A stretch of 64,000 nucleotides of DNA from assembly GCF_009914755.1 (NCBI RefSeq), contig NC_060936.1; one strand, 5' to 3'. Shown here piece after piece: positions 1 through 13,356 of this stretch. This DNA is from the human T2T-CHM13v2.0 reference genome, Homo sapiens. How positions within the stretch are numbered: position 1 is the first letter of the stretch; each line of letters opens with the position of its first letter. Below the pieces are notes generated by a model. It had not been told where the DNA came from. It saw nothing but the letters and a program-made list of their open reading frames with translations, and searched no databases. The translations under genes were made by a program, and so were the position numbers.

Positions 1-387
1 CAAAATCATCCTGAGGATCGAATGATAATATACCTGACCATTTTGTTAACTTTTAACCTAAAAACATAAAGCATGACTTTTATATTTTTATTTTAATCCT
101 TTTTATATTCTATTTCATTTAGCTCTATGTCTTTCACACACATCTTTGTTGGGTCACAGAATCTTCAGTACCGCTAAATTGCTAATAAGGCAGCATAAAT
201 TCATTTCATTTACTTAGCACAGTGCCTGGAACATAGTATGTGTTGTTCTTGCTAGGATGGCCACCGTTGTTGCTTACTACTATTATTATTACCATGTTAT
301 TTACTGATGTAATTTTCACATCTAGCATAGTGCCATGCATAATAAGCAGCAGGTAAACAGATGGTTACTGATGATTACCAAAATGCT

Positions 388-910
388 GTAGTTTTCCAAA
401 CTGTGTATCAAGAGAGGGTGCTGCAACGAATTCATAAGGATGCTGCAAGTTTTTTTTTTTTAATCAGAAGGTAATGCAGCAATACTTGAGTTCTTGAAAC
501 CAGATGAACTACCAGCTTGTCAATATTTGTTTATGTTACATTTCTTTGTCTTTTATTGTATCTTTGTGAAGCTGGCATTTTGGATGTTACTGAGATAAAA
601 AGCAAATACTATGCAAACACCATTGTGGAACAGAACATGAGAGTGTTATTATCCCATCTTATTCCAAGGGTTAAGAAGTTGTGCAATGCCTAATATATAC
701 AAAATTCTCATGAGTAGGGAACTATAGTTAAGGATGAAATAAAAATAGTTTCCTTTCAATTTTTATATATTATCTTTTCAAATGGCTAAGTTATCACCTA
801 CCTAATTAATATATGGAACAACTAGGTATTTCTTTTGGCCTAGTAGGAGCATGAAAAAAATTACTGAGACAGCAAGAGAGCCATAAACTAAGACAGTTGT
901 AAGAAGCTAT
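388..910. mobile_element. Degenerate hAT-Charlie DNA transposon remnant (Charlie4-like)
   Basis: Ends resemble Charlie4 termini as recalled (gttttccaaactgtg... and ...ttttggcctag...gaaaaaaattactgagac...); boundaries approximate. Confidence 0.45.
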
Positions 911-1259
911 AATCTAGTGTGTACCCATAGAATAAGTTGCTCTGGGAGACACAAGAAATGTAATATGTAGTCTCTACTGTTAAGTAGATTTTCTTTGAAT
1001 TGGGGAAACAAATCCACATGTTCATTATGATGAACTGTGCATCTGCAGTTTGTACCAGATACTATCGTAGTATTCTAGTCATAAAGACTATGCTATGTCA
1101 TAAATATAGTCTGTGGTTTCAAAGGGATATCCAGTTGGTAAGATAGACAAGTAAACTGATTATTATAATTTTGAGCTACAGAGTGCTTTGAGAGTGATAA
1201 AATATAAGATATTCTATGAGTACATTTGAGGAGTACTAGATCTACCCACATTGTGATGT

Positions 1260-2080
1260 AGAAAGCCTGGAGCATTTCAGGAAAGGCTCCTAGAGATGAT
1301 GATACTTAAACTGAATCAGGAAGAAGGAGAAGTAGGCTTATTAAACAGAGGAGAAGGATGAAGAGAAATCATTCCAAGCTCAGAGAGCATGGCATGTCCG
1401 GGAAACTGCAGTATTTCCTATATACATGACATGAGTATTTACTATATACATGAAAACATGGTAGCTTCTACAGAAGTTACAAGTATGAATGAGACTTTCT
1501 CATTGTTTTCAAAGATATTACAGTGAACTACAGAAATATGTCAAATTTATAAATTGTTCCAATTTGAGATCGAGTGAAATATTACAAAGTACAATATGTT
1601 GAGGCAGTTGAAAACACAGAGATGGAAATGAGCACAGTGTTTGGTGGATATCAGTTTGACAAATCGAAATGTTTTTTGGGACAGTATTATAAAACAGAGA
1701 TGGAATTAATATACATGAGCCAATTATGAGAACATTGAAGTCAAAGAGACAAATTCGGATTTAATATTATCACAAATGGAATGCTACCAGAGGCTCCACT
1801 GGCACAAAAAGGACAAGAGCTAAATATTTTTTATGGAAGATGAACTGGACAGCCTTAAATGTGATGCACAGAAGCAAGAAAAAGTCTAAACATAAGAATA
1901 CTCTTTAGAAGTTGCTGGAATACTTGACATGCATGAAGAGGGCAGCATAGCCCACATGATGGCAGTTGAAAAGGTGAAGAAAGGACAGATAAACATTTTA
2001 AGGGGAAGACTGAACCTGGTGACTGGAAGTAGGATATGAAACCAAACATGTCTCTAAGACTTGACATTTTGGTGACTGAC
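1260..2080. mobile_element. Fragmented ancient L2 LINE
   Basis: Purine-rich L2-like phrases (gaaaggctcctagagatgatgatacttaaactgaat; cattccaagctcagagagcatggcatg); heavily diverged. Confidence 0.35.
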
Positions 2081-2199
2081 AACATTTGCTTCTGATAAAT
2101 ATAATTCAGCATGTCTGTCTCTGGGGGTAATAATAAAAATTGACCATTTTGGGGTAATCCTGGTCAGAATAACAATAAATGAACAAAAAACTTTTTTTT

Positions 2200-5100
2200 G
2201 AAGAAGTATAGCAAGATGGTGGAATAGAAGGCTTCACTGACCATCCTTCCTGCCCGGACACCAGTTTAACTTCTACACAGAAAAAGCACCTTCATAAAAA
2301 CCAAGAAGCAAGTGAGCCAAATACTTGATTTTTACTTTATATTGCTGACAGAGACACTGAAGATGTAGGCAAAACACTCTTAAATCTCTGACACCACCCC
2401 TCCCCATCCAGAGAGTGTCTCTCTGCCCTGGGGAGGAGAACCAGCAATTGGGAGGCATTGATTCAGTGCTGCCCTTGTTATACCAGAAAGCAAAACCAGA
2501 CCAAACTTACCTGACTCCTGCCCACTGAGTGAGCATTTAAATCAGCCTTAGCCAGAGGGGAATCACTGATCCTAGCAGTCAGTAGGAACTTGAGTTCCCC
2601 CAAGCCTTACCACCATGGGCTAAAGTGCTCTGGGGCCCAAAATGAATGCAGAAGTCTAGGCCACAAGGACTGCAACATCTAGGTGAGTCCTAGCACAGAA
2701 CCAGGCCAAAAGCCAGTGGAATGGCGGTGCATGCAACCTACTGAGACATTAGCCAGGATGGCTGAGGTAGTGTGGCATCACCCATCCCCAGCCCCAGGTT
2801 GTACAGCTCCCAGCTCCAAAAGAGACCCCTTCCTTCCACTTAAGGAGAGGAGATGTAACAGTAGGGAGGACTTTGTCTTGCATCTTGGATACTAGCTCAG
2901 CCACAGCAGGATAGAGCATTGGTCAGAGTCACGAGGCCTCCTTTCCAGGCCCTAGCTCCTGGGCGACATTTCTAGACATATCTTAGGCCAGAAGGGAACC
3001 TGCTGCCTTGAAAGGAAGGACCCAGTCCTGACAGGATTTATTCCCTGTCAACTCAAGAGCCTTTGGGCCCTGAATAACCAGCAGCAATACCCAGTTACTA
3101 TATCAAGGGCCTTGGGTGAGCCTCTGAGACTTGCTGGCTTCAGATGAGGCTCAGTACATTCCCAGCTGTGGTGGCTAAAGGATGAGACTCCTGCTAGAGA
3201 ACGGTAGAGGGAAAAGTAAAGGGGACTTTGGCACCTCAGATACTAGCTCGGTCTCAGTGGGGTAGAGCACCAAGTAGACCCCTAGGGTCCTCAGTTCTAG
3301 GACTTGGCTCTTGGATGACATTTCTGGAACAGCCCTGGGCCAGAGGAGGAGTTCATTTTCCTGAAGGGTGAGTCCCAGCCCAGGCAGCATATGCTACAAG
3401 CTAATGGAAGAGCCCTTGGGCCTTAAGGGCTCATGAGCAGTAATCTGACATTACTTTCTGTAGGTCTGCAGTACTTCACATAGGCCTGAGGTGCAGTAGC
3501 CATTGGGTGAGGCTCCTCTACCTTTGGAAAGGGGAGGGAAGAGTGGGAAGGATTGTACCTTGGGGTTTGAGTTCCAGCTCAGCCATAGTGTAATGGAACA
3601 CCAGGTAGATGTCTACAGTTTTTGACTCTAGTCTTTGGCTCCTGGACAGCACACCTCTGGACCTGCCTGAGGCCTAAGGGAACTCACTGCCCTGAAGGGA
3701 AGGACATAGGCTTGGCCTGCCTTGCCACCTCCTAATTGTAGAGCCCCAGGGCTTTGAGCAAACCGAAGTGGTAGCCAGGCCTTGGGTGAGACTTAATGCT
3801 GTGCTGGCTTCAGGTCTGACCCAGCACAGTCCTAGGGGTGGTGGCCCCAGCTCTAGTTGGCTCAGAATAGAGAGAAAAACTTCATTTGTTTGGGAGAAAC
3901 TAAGGAATGAGAACAAGAATCTCTGCCTTGTAGTTTGGAGAATTCTTCTGGATCTTGTCCAAAACCATCAAGGCTGTACCTCTATGAGTCTACAAGAACC
4001 ACAGCATTCAGTAAGGGTCTCCGCTAAAGAAGTTCCAGCTTAGATTATAACATCCAAGTTCCTTTCAAATATTTGGAAAGCCTTCCCCAGAAGGATGGAT
4101 ACAAAAAAGCCCAGACTGCAAAGACTAAAATAAATACCTAACTCTTCAATGCCTAGACACAGACAAACATCTGCAAGTATCAAGATAACCCAGGAAAACA
4201 TGACCTCCCCAAATAAACTAAATAAGACACCAGAGACCAATTCTGGAGATACAGAGATATATGACCTTTCAGACAGGGAATTCAAAATGGCTGTTTTGAG
4301 GAAACTCAAATTCAAGATAGCACAGAGAAGGAATTCAGAATTCTATCAGGTAAATTTAACAAAGAGATTGAAATAGTTAAAAACAATCAAGCAGAAACTC
4401 TGAATTGAAAATGCAATTGGCATACTGAAGAATGCATCAGAGCCTTTTAGTAGCAGAACTGACAAAGCAGAAAAAAAGAATTACTGCACTTGAAGACAGG
4501 CTATTTAATAGCAGAATTGATCAAACAGAAGAAAGAATTACTGAGCTTGAAAACAGGCTATACACAAAGGAGACAAAAGAATAAAAAACAATGAAGTATG
4601 CCTCCAGGATTTAGAAAATAGCCTCAAAGGGGCAAACCTAAGAGTTATTGGCCCTAAAGAGGAGATAGAGAAAGAGATGGGGATAGAAAGTTTATTCAAA
4701 GGTATAATAACAGAAATTCCCAAACCTAGAGAAAGATATCAGTATCCAAGCCCAAAAAGTTTATAGAACACTAACCAAATTTAATCCAAAGAAGACTACA
4801 CCTCAAGGCATTTAATAATCCAATTCCCAAAGATCAAGGATAAAGAAAGCATCCTAAAAGCAGCAAGCGAGAATAAGCAAATAACATATAATGGAGCTCC
4901 AATATGTCTGGCAGCAGATTTTTCAGTGGAAACTTTACAGGCCAGGAGAGTGTTGCATGGCATATTTAAAGTGCTGAAGGAAATAAACTTTTACCCTAGA
5001 ATAGTACATTCAGCAAAATTATCCTTCAGTCATGAAGGAGGAATAAATGCTTTCTCAGACAAAAGCTATGGGATTTTATCAACACAGGACCTGTCCTCTA

Positions 5101-8100
5101 TAAGAAATGCTAAAGGGAGTACTTCAGTCAGAAAGAAAATGACCTTTATGAGCAATAAGAAATCATCTGAATGTGCAAAACTCTCTGGTAATAGTAAGTA
5201 CACAGAAAAATACAGAGTATTGTAACACTGTAACTTTGGTGTGTAAACTTTTATCCTAAGGAGAAAGAATAAACAATGAACCAATCAAAAATAATGACTA
5301 CAAGAAGTTTTCAAGACAATACAGTAAGTTATAATAACAAAAAGCTAAAAACTGTGGGGATGAAGTTAAGGCAAAGTATTTTCTTTTTCCTTGATTGCTT
5401 ATTTGTGCAAACAATTTTAAGTTGTTATGAGCTTAAAATAACGGGTACTAAGATAGCAAGAAGAGGAGACTACAAAACAACCACACACAAAGAAAGGCCA
5501 GAGTATGCCCTTCTTATCAGTAATGACATTTAATATAAATGGACTAAACTCTCCAATCAAAAGCTGTAAACTGGCTGAAGGTATTTTAAAAAAGACCCCT
5601 TGATCTGTTGCCTATAAGAAACACACTTTATGTATAAAGTCACACATAGACTGAAGAAAAAGGGATGGAAAAAGATACTCCATGCCAGTGGAAACCAAAA
5701 ATGAGCAGGAGTAGCTATGCTTAGACAAAATGGATTTCAAGACAAAATTATAAGAAGAGACAAAGGTCACTATATAAGGAAAAAGGAATCAATTAAGCAA
5801 AAGGATATAACAGTTTTAAGTATATATTCATGCAGCACTGGAGCACCCAGGTATATAAAGCAAATATTAGAGCTAAAGAGAGAGAGAGAGAGACTCCAGT
5901 AAAATAGTAGCTGAAGACGTCAATAGCTCACCTTCAGTATTGGACACATCTTCCACAAGGAAATCAACAAATCAACACTGGAGTTAATCTATACTATAAA
6001 GCAAATGGATCTAATAGGTATTTAGAGAGCATTTTATTCAAAGGTTACAGAATTCACATTCTTCTCCTCAGCACATAGATCATTCTCAAGGATAGACCAT
6101 ATTTAAAAAGTACAAAATAAGTTTTAAAACATTTTTAACAATTTGAATAATATCAAGCATCTTCTCTGACCAGAGTGGAATAAAACTAGAAATCAATAAC
6201 AAGAGGAATTTTGGAAACTACACATATACATGAAAAGGAAACAGTATGCTCCTCAATGATCAGTGTGTCAATGAAGAAATTTCAGAAGGAAATTGAAGCA
6301 TATTATGGAAACGCAACATACCAAAACCTATGTGATACAGCAAAAGCAGTACTAAGAGTGTAGTTGATAGCTATAAGTGCCTACATCAAAAAAGAAAAAT
6401 TTCAAATAAACAACAATGCATCTTAACTAGAAAAGGGGGAGCAAACCAAACTCAAAATTAGTGAAAGAAAAGAAATAATAAAGATCAGAGCAGAAATCAA
6501 TGAAACTGACATGAAGAAAACAATACCAAAGATCAATGAAACAAAAAAGTTGAGTTTTTTGAAAAGTTAAACAAAATAGACAAATCTTTTGCCAGACTAA
6601 GAAACAAAGAGATGATCCAAATAAAATCAGAGATGAAAAAGGAGACACTACATCTGGTATCTCATCTAGTATCTATACTACATCTAGTATCTCCTACTGG
6701 CTACTAGGAGCAACTATTTGCCTATAAATCAGAAAATGTAGAAGAAATTGACAAATTTGTAGTTACATGCAACCTACCAAGATGGAATCATGAAGAAATT
6801 TAAAGCCTGAACAGATGAATAAGAAATAAGGAGATTAAAGCTGTAAGAAAAAGTCTCTCAGTAAAGAAAAGCCTGGAAACCTGATGGCTTCACTGCTGAA
6901 TTTCACCAAACATTTAAATCAGAACTAATACCAATCCTTCTCAAACTATTCCAATTAATAGATGAGGATGGAATACTTCCTAACTCATTCTATGAGGCCA
7001 GTATTACCCAATATCAAAACCAAACAAAGACACCAAAAGAAAGAAAACTACAAGCCAATATCTGTTAAATATTGATGCAAAAATCCTAAACAAAATATTA
7101 GCAAACCAAATTCAGCAGTATATTAAATGATTATTCATCATGACCAAGTGAGATTAACCTTTGGGATGCAAGGACGGTTAACAAATGCAAGTGAATTAAT
7201 GTAATACAAAATATTGACCAAATGGAGGACAAAAACCATTTGATCATTTCAATCGATGTTGAAAAAGCATTTGATGAAATTCACCATTTCTTCATGATAA
7301 AAACCCTTAAAAAACTGGGTATAGTAGGAACATACTTCAATATAATAAAAGTTATATATGACAGACCCTCAGTGGGTATCATACTGAATGGGGAAAAACT
7401 GAAAGCCTATACTCTTAGATCTGGAACACAACAGGGATGCCACTGTCATCACTCTTATTCATCGTAGTACTGGAAGCCCTAGCTAGAGTAGTCAGACAAG
7501 AAAAAGAATAAAAGGCATCCAAACTGGAAAGGGAGAAGTCAAATTATTATTATTTTTTTTGCAGACGATTTTATATTTGGAAAAAACCTAAAGATTCTAC
7601 TGAAAAAACTATTAGAACCGATTTCAAAATTCAATAAAGTTGCAGCATACAAAATCAACATACAAAAGTCAGTAGCATTTCTATATGCTAAATGAACAAT
7701 CTGAAAAAGAAAACAAGAAAGTAATACCATTTACAGTAGGTACAAATGAAACTAAATGTTTGGGAATTAACCTAACCAAACAAGTGAAAGAGCTCCACAA
7801 TAAAAACTATAAAACACTGATGAAAGAAATTGAAGAGGACACCAAAAAATGGAAAGATATTCTGCATCCATGGATTGAAATAATAAATATTGTTAAAATG
7901 TCCATATTTCCCAAAGCAATCTGTGGATTTAATATAATCTCTATCAAAGTACAAATGACATTCTTCACAGAAATAGAAAAAAAAATCCTGTAATTTATAT
8001 GGAATCACAAAAGTCTCAGAATAGCCAAAGCTATCCTAAGCAAAAAGAACAAAAATTGGAGAAATCACATTACCTGATTTCAAATTATATTCCAGAGCTA

Positions 8101-9338
8101 TAGTAACCAAAGCAGCATGGTACTGGCATAAAATCAGACACACAGACCAATGGAACAGAATAGAGAACCCAGAAACAAAGCCACACACCCACAGTGAACT
8201 CATTTTTGACAAAGGTGCCAGGAACATATACTGAGGAAAAGACAGTCTCTTCAGTAAATTGTGCTGGAAAAACTGGATAGCTGTATACAGAAGAAGTAAA
8301 CTAGACCCCCATCTCTTGCCGTATACAGAAGTCAAAATGGATTAAAGACTTAAATCTAAGACCTCAAACTATGAAACCACTTCAAGAAAACATTAGGAAA
8401 GCTCTCCAAAACATTGAACTGGGCAAAGATTTCTTGAGTATTACCCTACAAGCACAAGCAACCAAAACAAAAATGGACAAATGGGATCACATCAAGTTAA
8501 AAAGCTTCTGTATGGCAAAGGAAACAATCAACAAAATGAAGAGACAACCCACAGAATGAGAGAAAATATTTGCAAACAACCCATCTGACAAGAGATTAAT
8601 AACCAGAATATATAAGGAGTTCAAACAACCCTATAGGAAACAATCTAATAATCCAGTTAAAAAATAGAGAAAATATTTGAAAAGACATTTCTCAAAAGAA
8701 GACATACAAATGACAAAAACACATATGAAAAGATGTTCAACATCATTGATCATCAGAAAATTGCAGATAAAAACTGCAGTGAGATATAATCTCACCCCAG
8801 TTAAAATGGCTTGTATCCAGAAGACATGCAAGAACAAATGCCTGGCAAGGATGTGGAGAAAGGGGAACCCTCATACACTGTTGGTGGGAATGTAAATTAG
8901 TACAACCACTGTGGAGAAGGGTTTGGAGGTTCCTCAAAAATCAAAAATAGAACTACCATAGGATCCAGCCATCCCACTCCTGGATATATACCTAAAAGAA
9001 AGAAAATTAGTGTATCAGTGAAATACTTGCACTCCTCTGTTTGTTGCAGCACTGTTTACAATAGCCAAGATTTGGAAGCAACTTAAGTGTTCATCAATAG
9101 ATGAATAGGTTAAAAAAATGTGTTACTTATACACAACAAGTACTATTCAGCCATAGAAATGAATTATGTCATCCTTTGCAACAACATGAATGGAACTGGA
9201 GTTCCTAATGTGAAGTGAAATAAGCCAGGCACAGAAAGACATACATTACATATTCTCACTCATTTGTGAGATCTAAAAATCAAAACAATTGAACCCATGG
9301 AAATAGATAGTGGAAGGATGGTTACCAGAGGATGGGAA
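2200..9338 (+). mobile_element. Near full-length old L1 (L1MA1-4/L1PB-age): ~2 kb 5'UTR, decayed ORF1 (from ~4200) and ORF2, 3'UTR cut short
   Basis: ORF track fragments are L1 ORF1 (MTSPNKLNK...EFKMAVLRKL; ETLQARR...FYPRI) and ORF2 ([22 protein letters not shown]). 3'UTR phrase aatcaaaacaattgaacccatggaaatagatagtggaaggatggttaccagagg is L1MA-type. No poly(A) or TSD seen. Confidence 0.9.
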
Positions 9339-9339
9339 A

Positions 9340-10120
9340 AGAGTGTAAAAGTCGAAAGAAATGAAAAATAGAAATGAAAAGATCAGAAAATTAGACAATC
9401 AATTCAAGAAGTTCTTCACATAATTTTGAAGAAAAAAATACAGTGCAGGAAATCCTAATACTATGTTACTATCTCATGAAAGTAAATCTGGAATTAAAGA
9501 ACATGAATTTCTAGATTGTAAGACATGAGTTTCTAGATAGACCTGTAACTAGGTTCATCGTGAAATTTTTGAGGAACAGAGCCAAGATACATAAAAGTTC
9601 CCTCAGAGGGAAAAAACAATGTGCAAATTATGAAGACTCAGAATATAATTAGGCTTCTCAATAACCTATGAAATTCCGCAAAATATTTCAACCTAAATAC
9701 CTATATATGAACAAACTATCAATTATGTGTGAAGGTACAATAAAGACATTTTACAGAGAAACTAGATATCGAAACTTTTACCTCTCATATGTTTTCAGGA
9801 ATCTCCTGGAGGAGGTACTCTACCACAGCAAAGGGTAAACCAAGAAGAAATAATCCACTGGGATCTAGAAAGCTGGGAGATTCAATTCAAGGAATATATA
9901 GGGAACCCTCAAGAATAGGACTGAGGGAGATCTCAGAATGGACATTTATTTAACAGACCTAGAGAACAACCAGTCCAGTTCGGAGATAGGTCAAGGAAGT
10001 TGTATCTCCAAGAAGACAAACAGAATGTTTCATATCTTTAAGCATATTGAGAAGATATATACAACTAGGAGAGAATTTGGGCATTAACTCATAATTATTT
10101 ACTCAGGCCAATATAATATA
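9340..10120 (+). mobile_element. Very old L1/HAL1-like ORF1 remnant
   Basis: A-rich sequence with ORF1-like phrases (aaaatatttcaacctaaatacctatat; gtgtgaaggtacaataaagacatttt). Confidence 0.35.
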
Positions 10121-10155
10121 ACTGAAGTGACATTGTTTTGTTTATTTTCTCTCTC

Positions 10156-10455
<300 letters not shown>

Positions 10456-10479
10456 CATTGTTTCATTTCTGAGATCATG

Positions 10480-12372
10480 TCTTAAGTGGCCTTAAATGCT
10501 TTCACACTGTTTTGAAACCCTCTTCAGCTTCCATGTGAAAAATCTTAAACTAGTCTATTGGAGAATGGGAGACCACAGAAGGAAGAGACAAGCACTCCTA
10601 TCTGAAGCCATTCTAATAGTAGCCAGCTACGTTAGATTGAGCGGCTGATTGCAGATACATGAAAGAGCCCAGCCAAGACAAAAAAGAACCGCACAGCTGA
10701 ACCCCTCCCAGATTGCCACCTTGCAGAATGATGACCTAAATCAGGGATTGGCAGACTTTTTCTGCAAAGGTCAAGACAGAAGGCTTTATGGGCTAAGAGG
10801 CTTAATTGAGAATATTATATAGGTGCTTATATAATGAGAAAAAAGTTAACAATTTTTATTGAAATTAAAAGTATAATGGATTACAATTTTTAATATAGAT
10901 CTAATGAAAAGAGGAGAATTCTCTTTGGGGTAATAGCATCTGCTTGTTATTTAAAGCTAGTTATACCTATCATGAAAATTGGTCACAAATGTTTGTTAGT
11001 TGGTTGTTAATGCTGATCTATAATGAGAGATTCTACATATTTAATCTTTAAAATGTCTTTTCACACAGACAAGTATGCTAAATATTTATAGTAATAAATG
11101 AATATATAATTTTGATTGAGTACAGTCATCACTTGGGAGGCATTTATAGAATTCTAGGTTCTCTTAATATTTTCCTTTTAGCATGTCATTGCAGTGCAGA
11201 TTAATTACTTCCAGTTGAAAGTTAGATGAAAGTTTCTCAAATGCATAAGTGGATTTGGAAATACAGAAGCTTCCTTTGCACTTGCATCCATGTCTGGAAC
11301 TTCTGGAACTGTAGTTTGAGTTCATAAATTTGTGTGGAATAGAAGTCTTACTTTTTTTTTAAGCTGTTGTTGCACAGGAAGTGTATAAAGGAGCTAGACT
11401 TTGTGATTCAAACAATGTTGATTATAGTTCAAATGACTACCCCATAGTATAAGTCTTGCTGCAGATAAGTGCTATTGTGCATTGTAATTTTTAATTTAAT
11501 TTATTAAGAAACATTATCTAGCTTGAAACAAAAGCTAATGTCTTAAGCTATTCATTGTTTGGTAATTATGATTGAGTGGTTCTTCTTATTCAGAAAAACT
11601 TTCAGTCAAAGCCCTGAGCTCAAAAACAATCACAGCAACTCTTTACTACTGCTAAGCCATTGGACTGCTGTATAGGATGGCAAGTCAGGATATTGAGCTT
11701 CAGTTTCAGACAGAAATTAATAGAACTGACAATGGCCTAGTCAACACAAACAAAAGAAGTTCACTCTTAGCAGTATTCATTCAGTAATACATGGTGAATT
11801 CAGATATTTTCTTCAAAACACTTCCTGATGAGTAACTATGAGTTTTAAATAATTTACTTTTTCACAAATTTTAGATATTTGTTCAAGTAAGCCTTCTTTC
11901 ATTCCACACATATTTTTACTATTGTCAATTGTTAACACATCTTAGCAGATTCCAAGCCAGGTTGTACTGAATTAGTGTTTCTCACCTTTTTTGAAAAGTT
12001 TCCTACCTATAGTTGTTCCATGCAGACTATTCATAGAGCCTAAGTTTGAATAACTTCAAACTTGGCATTGATTCCTGAAATAAATAATTCAACAAATCAT
12101 CTGACTCATGAAGAGCCAAGAAAACTACTCAAAAATCATTTACTTTGTTTTTTAATTTACTATTGATTTTGCAACCGATGCCCTCAATCTCATCAAGCCC
12201 CTGTTCTCACAAAAAGCTATTCCAAACAAGCTCCTTTCTTCCCCCTCAGGAGAACATTTACCTGGCTGCTTTAATTAAGCACAACTTTTAAAACTCACCA
12301 TTGGTAAATGGCATTTCTGACTTGACTAACAAATGATCCACTCGGAAATTTAATTTTAGTTGTAGTGTGCAT

Positions 12373-12408
<36 letters not shown>

Positions 12409-12980
12409 ACGTGTGTAAGAAATCTGTTGTCTTGAAGGATTTTAAATTTTGTAATTTTTCGATGATTGCTCTCCTGTTGAGAATATTGTGATGAGTGCTT
12501 ACTCTGGTAATATTCACATTTATTATTTCTTTTAGCACAGTTACAGTCTCATTGCATAATAAACACTTTTTTGACATCTAATCCATTATCAAAATATCAC
12601 ACTCCACTCTGCCTTAAAAGTGCAACAAAGTCGTTTTTTCTTGTTTTGGCATGATAGACATGCAGTGAAGTTAAAAATGATAATAATGTTACATTATGAC
12701 AACATTCATGGCACTCAAATGCCGCCAAATTATTACTGCATCACTATAGTTTGTAATGCACCAAACAGCACTATGATGGGATGAGAATCATGTCATAAAA
12801 TATTCTCTTTTTTTCAACATTAAAAAATGTAAAAAGTATTCTAATCTAGTGGATTGTACCAAAACAGGCAATGGACCGGATTTGGCTCATTGGTAGTAGA
12901 TTGCTGATCCCAGGTCTACATAAATGGTTGTATTTTAAGCCACTAAAGATTAATGTTGTTGTTACACAGCAAAAAGTAAT
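10480..12980 (+). mobile_element. MLT1-type MaLR LTR split in two (10480-10741 and 12914-12980) by a hAT insertion
   Basis: Left part gagcccagccaagac...cagctgaacccc...gcagaatgatgacctaaat resumes after 12913 as taaatggttgtattttaagccactaa...gttacacagcaa, the MLT1 3' end. Confidence 0.6.
10742..12913 (-). mobile_element. Near-complete Cheshire (hAT-Charlie) transposon fossil, autonomous relative of MER58
   Basis: MER58-type TIRs (cagggattggcagact at 10742; agattgctgatcccag ending 12913); degenerate 8-bp flanks acctaaat/gtctacat; minus-strand ORF 12356-12577 has CLLCNETVTVLKE, resembling the N-terminal zinc finger of Charlie/SPIN transposases. Confidence 0.75.
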
Positions 12981-13196
12981 ATATTTACTATAGATTTACT
13001 CAAATCCATAATCTATCTAAAGAGGGAAGATAGGGGGACTAAAAATATCTATGTGTTAGATTTTGCAGTGTTTCTAAGAAATAAGGCAAATTCTTCATTC
13101 TCCACACTGAAAACTCAAAAAGTAATGCCTGAAATTGTAAAATTGCAATAAGAATGTTGGAGATATTGAGAGAACATGAAAAAGAAAAAAAAAAAG

Positions 13197-13356
13197 AGCA
13201 AATGTAAAAGAACAGAAATTATAACAAACTGTCTCTCAGACGACAGTGCAATCAAGCTAGAACTCAGAATTAAGAAACTCACTCAAAACTGCTCACCTAC
13301 ATGGAAACTGAACAACCTGCTCCTGAAGGACTACTGGGTACATAATGAAATGAAGG
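13197..13356 (+). mobile_element. Isolated 160-bp internal L1PA ORF2 fragment
   Basis: Translates [31 protein letters not shown]...[18 protein letters not shown]; no 3'UTR, no poly(A) at its 3' end, no TSD. Confidence 0.9.

Noticed and set aside
1410-1453. Short direct repeat agtatttMctatatacatga (similar case at ~9500-9540)
   Set aside because: Ordinary slippage duplications with no further structure.
13197-13356. Local duplication of the neighbouring L1 at 14648-14804
   Set aside because: Multiple differences, including bases the neighbour has deleted, argue for a different source.
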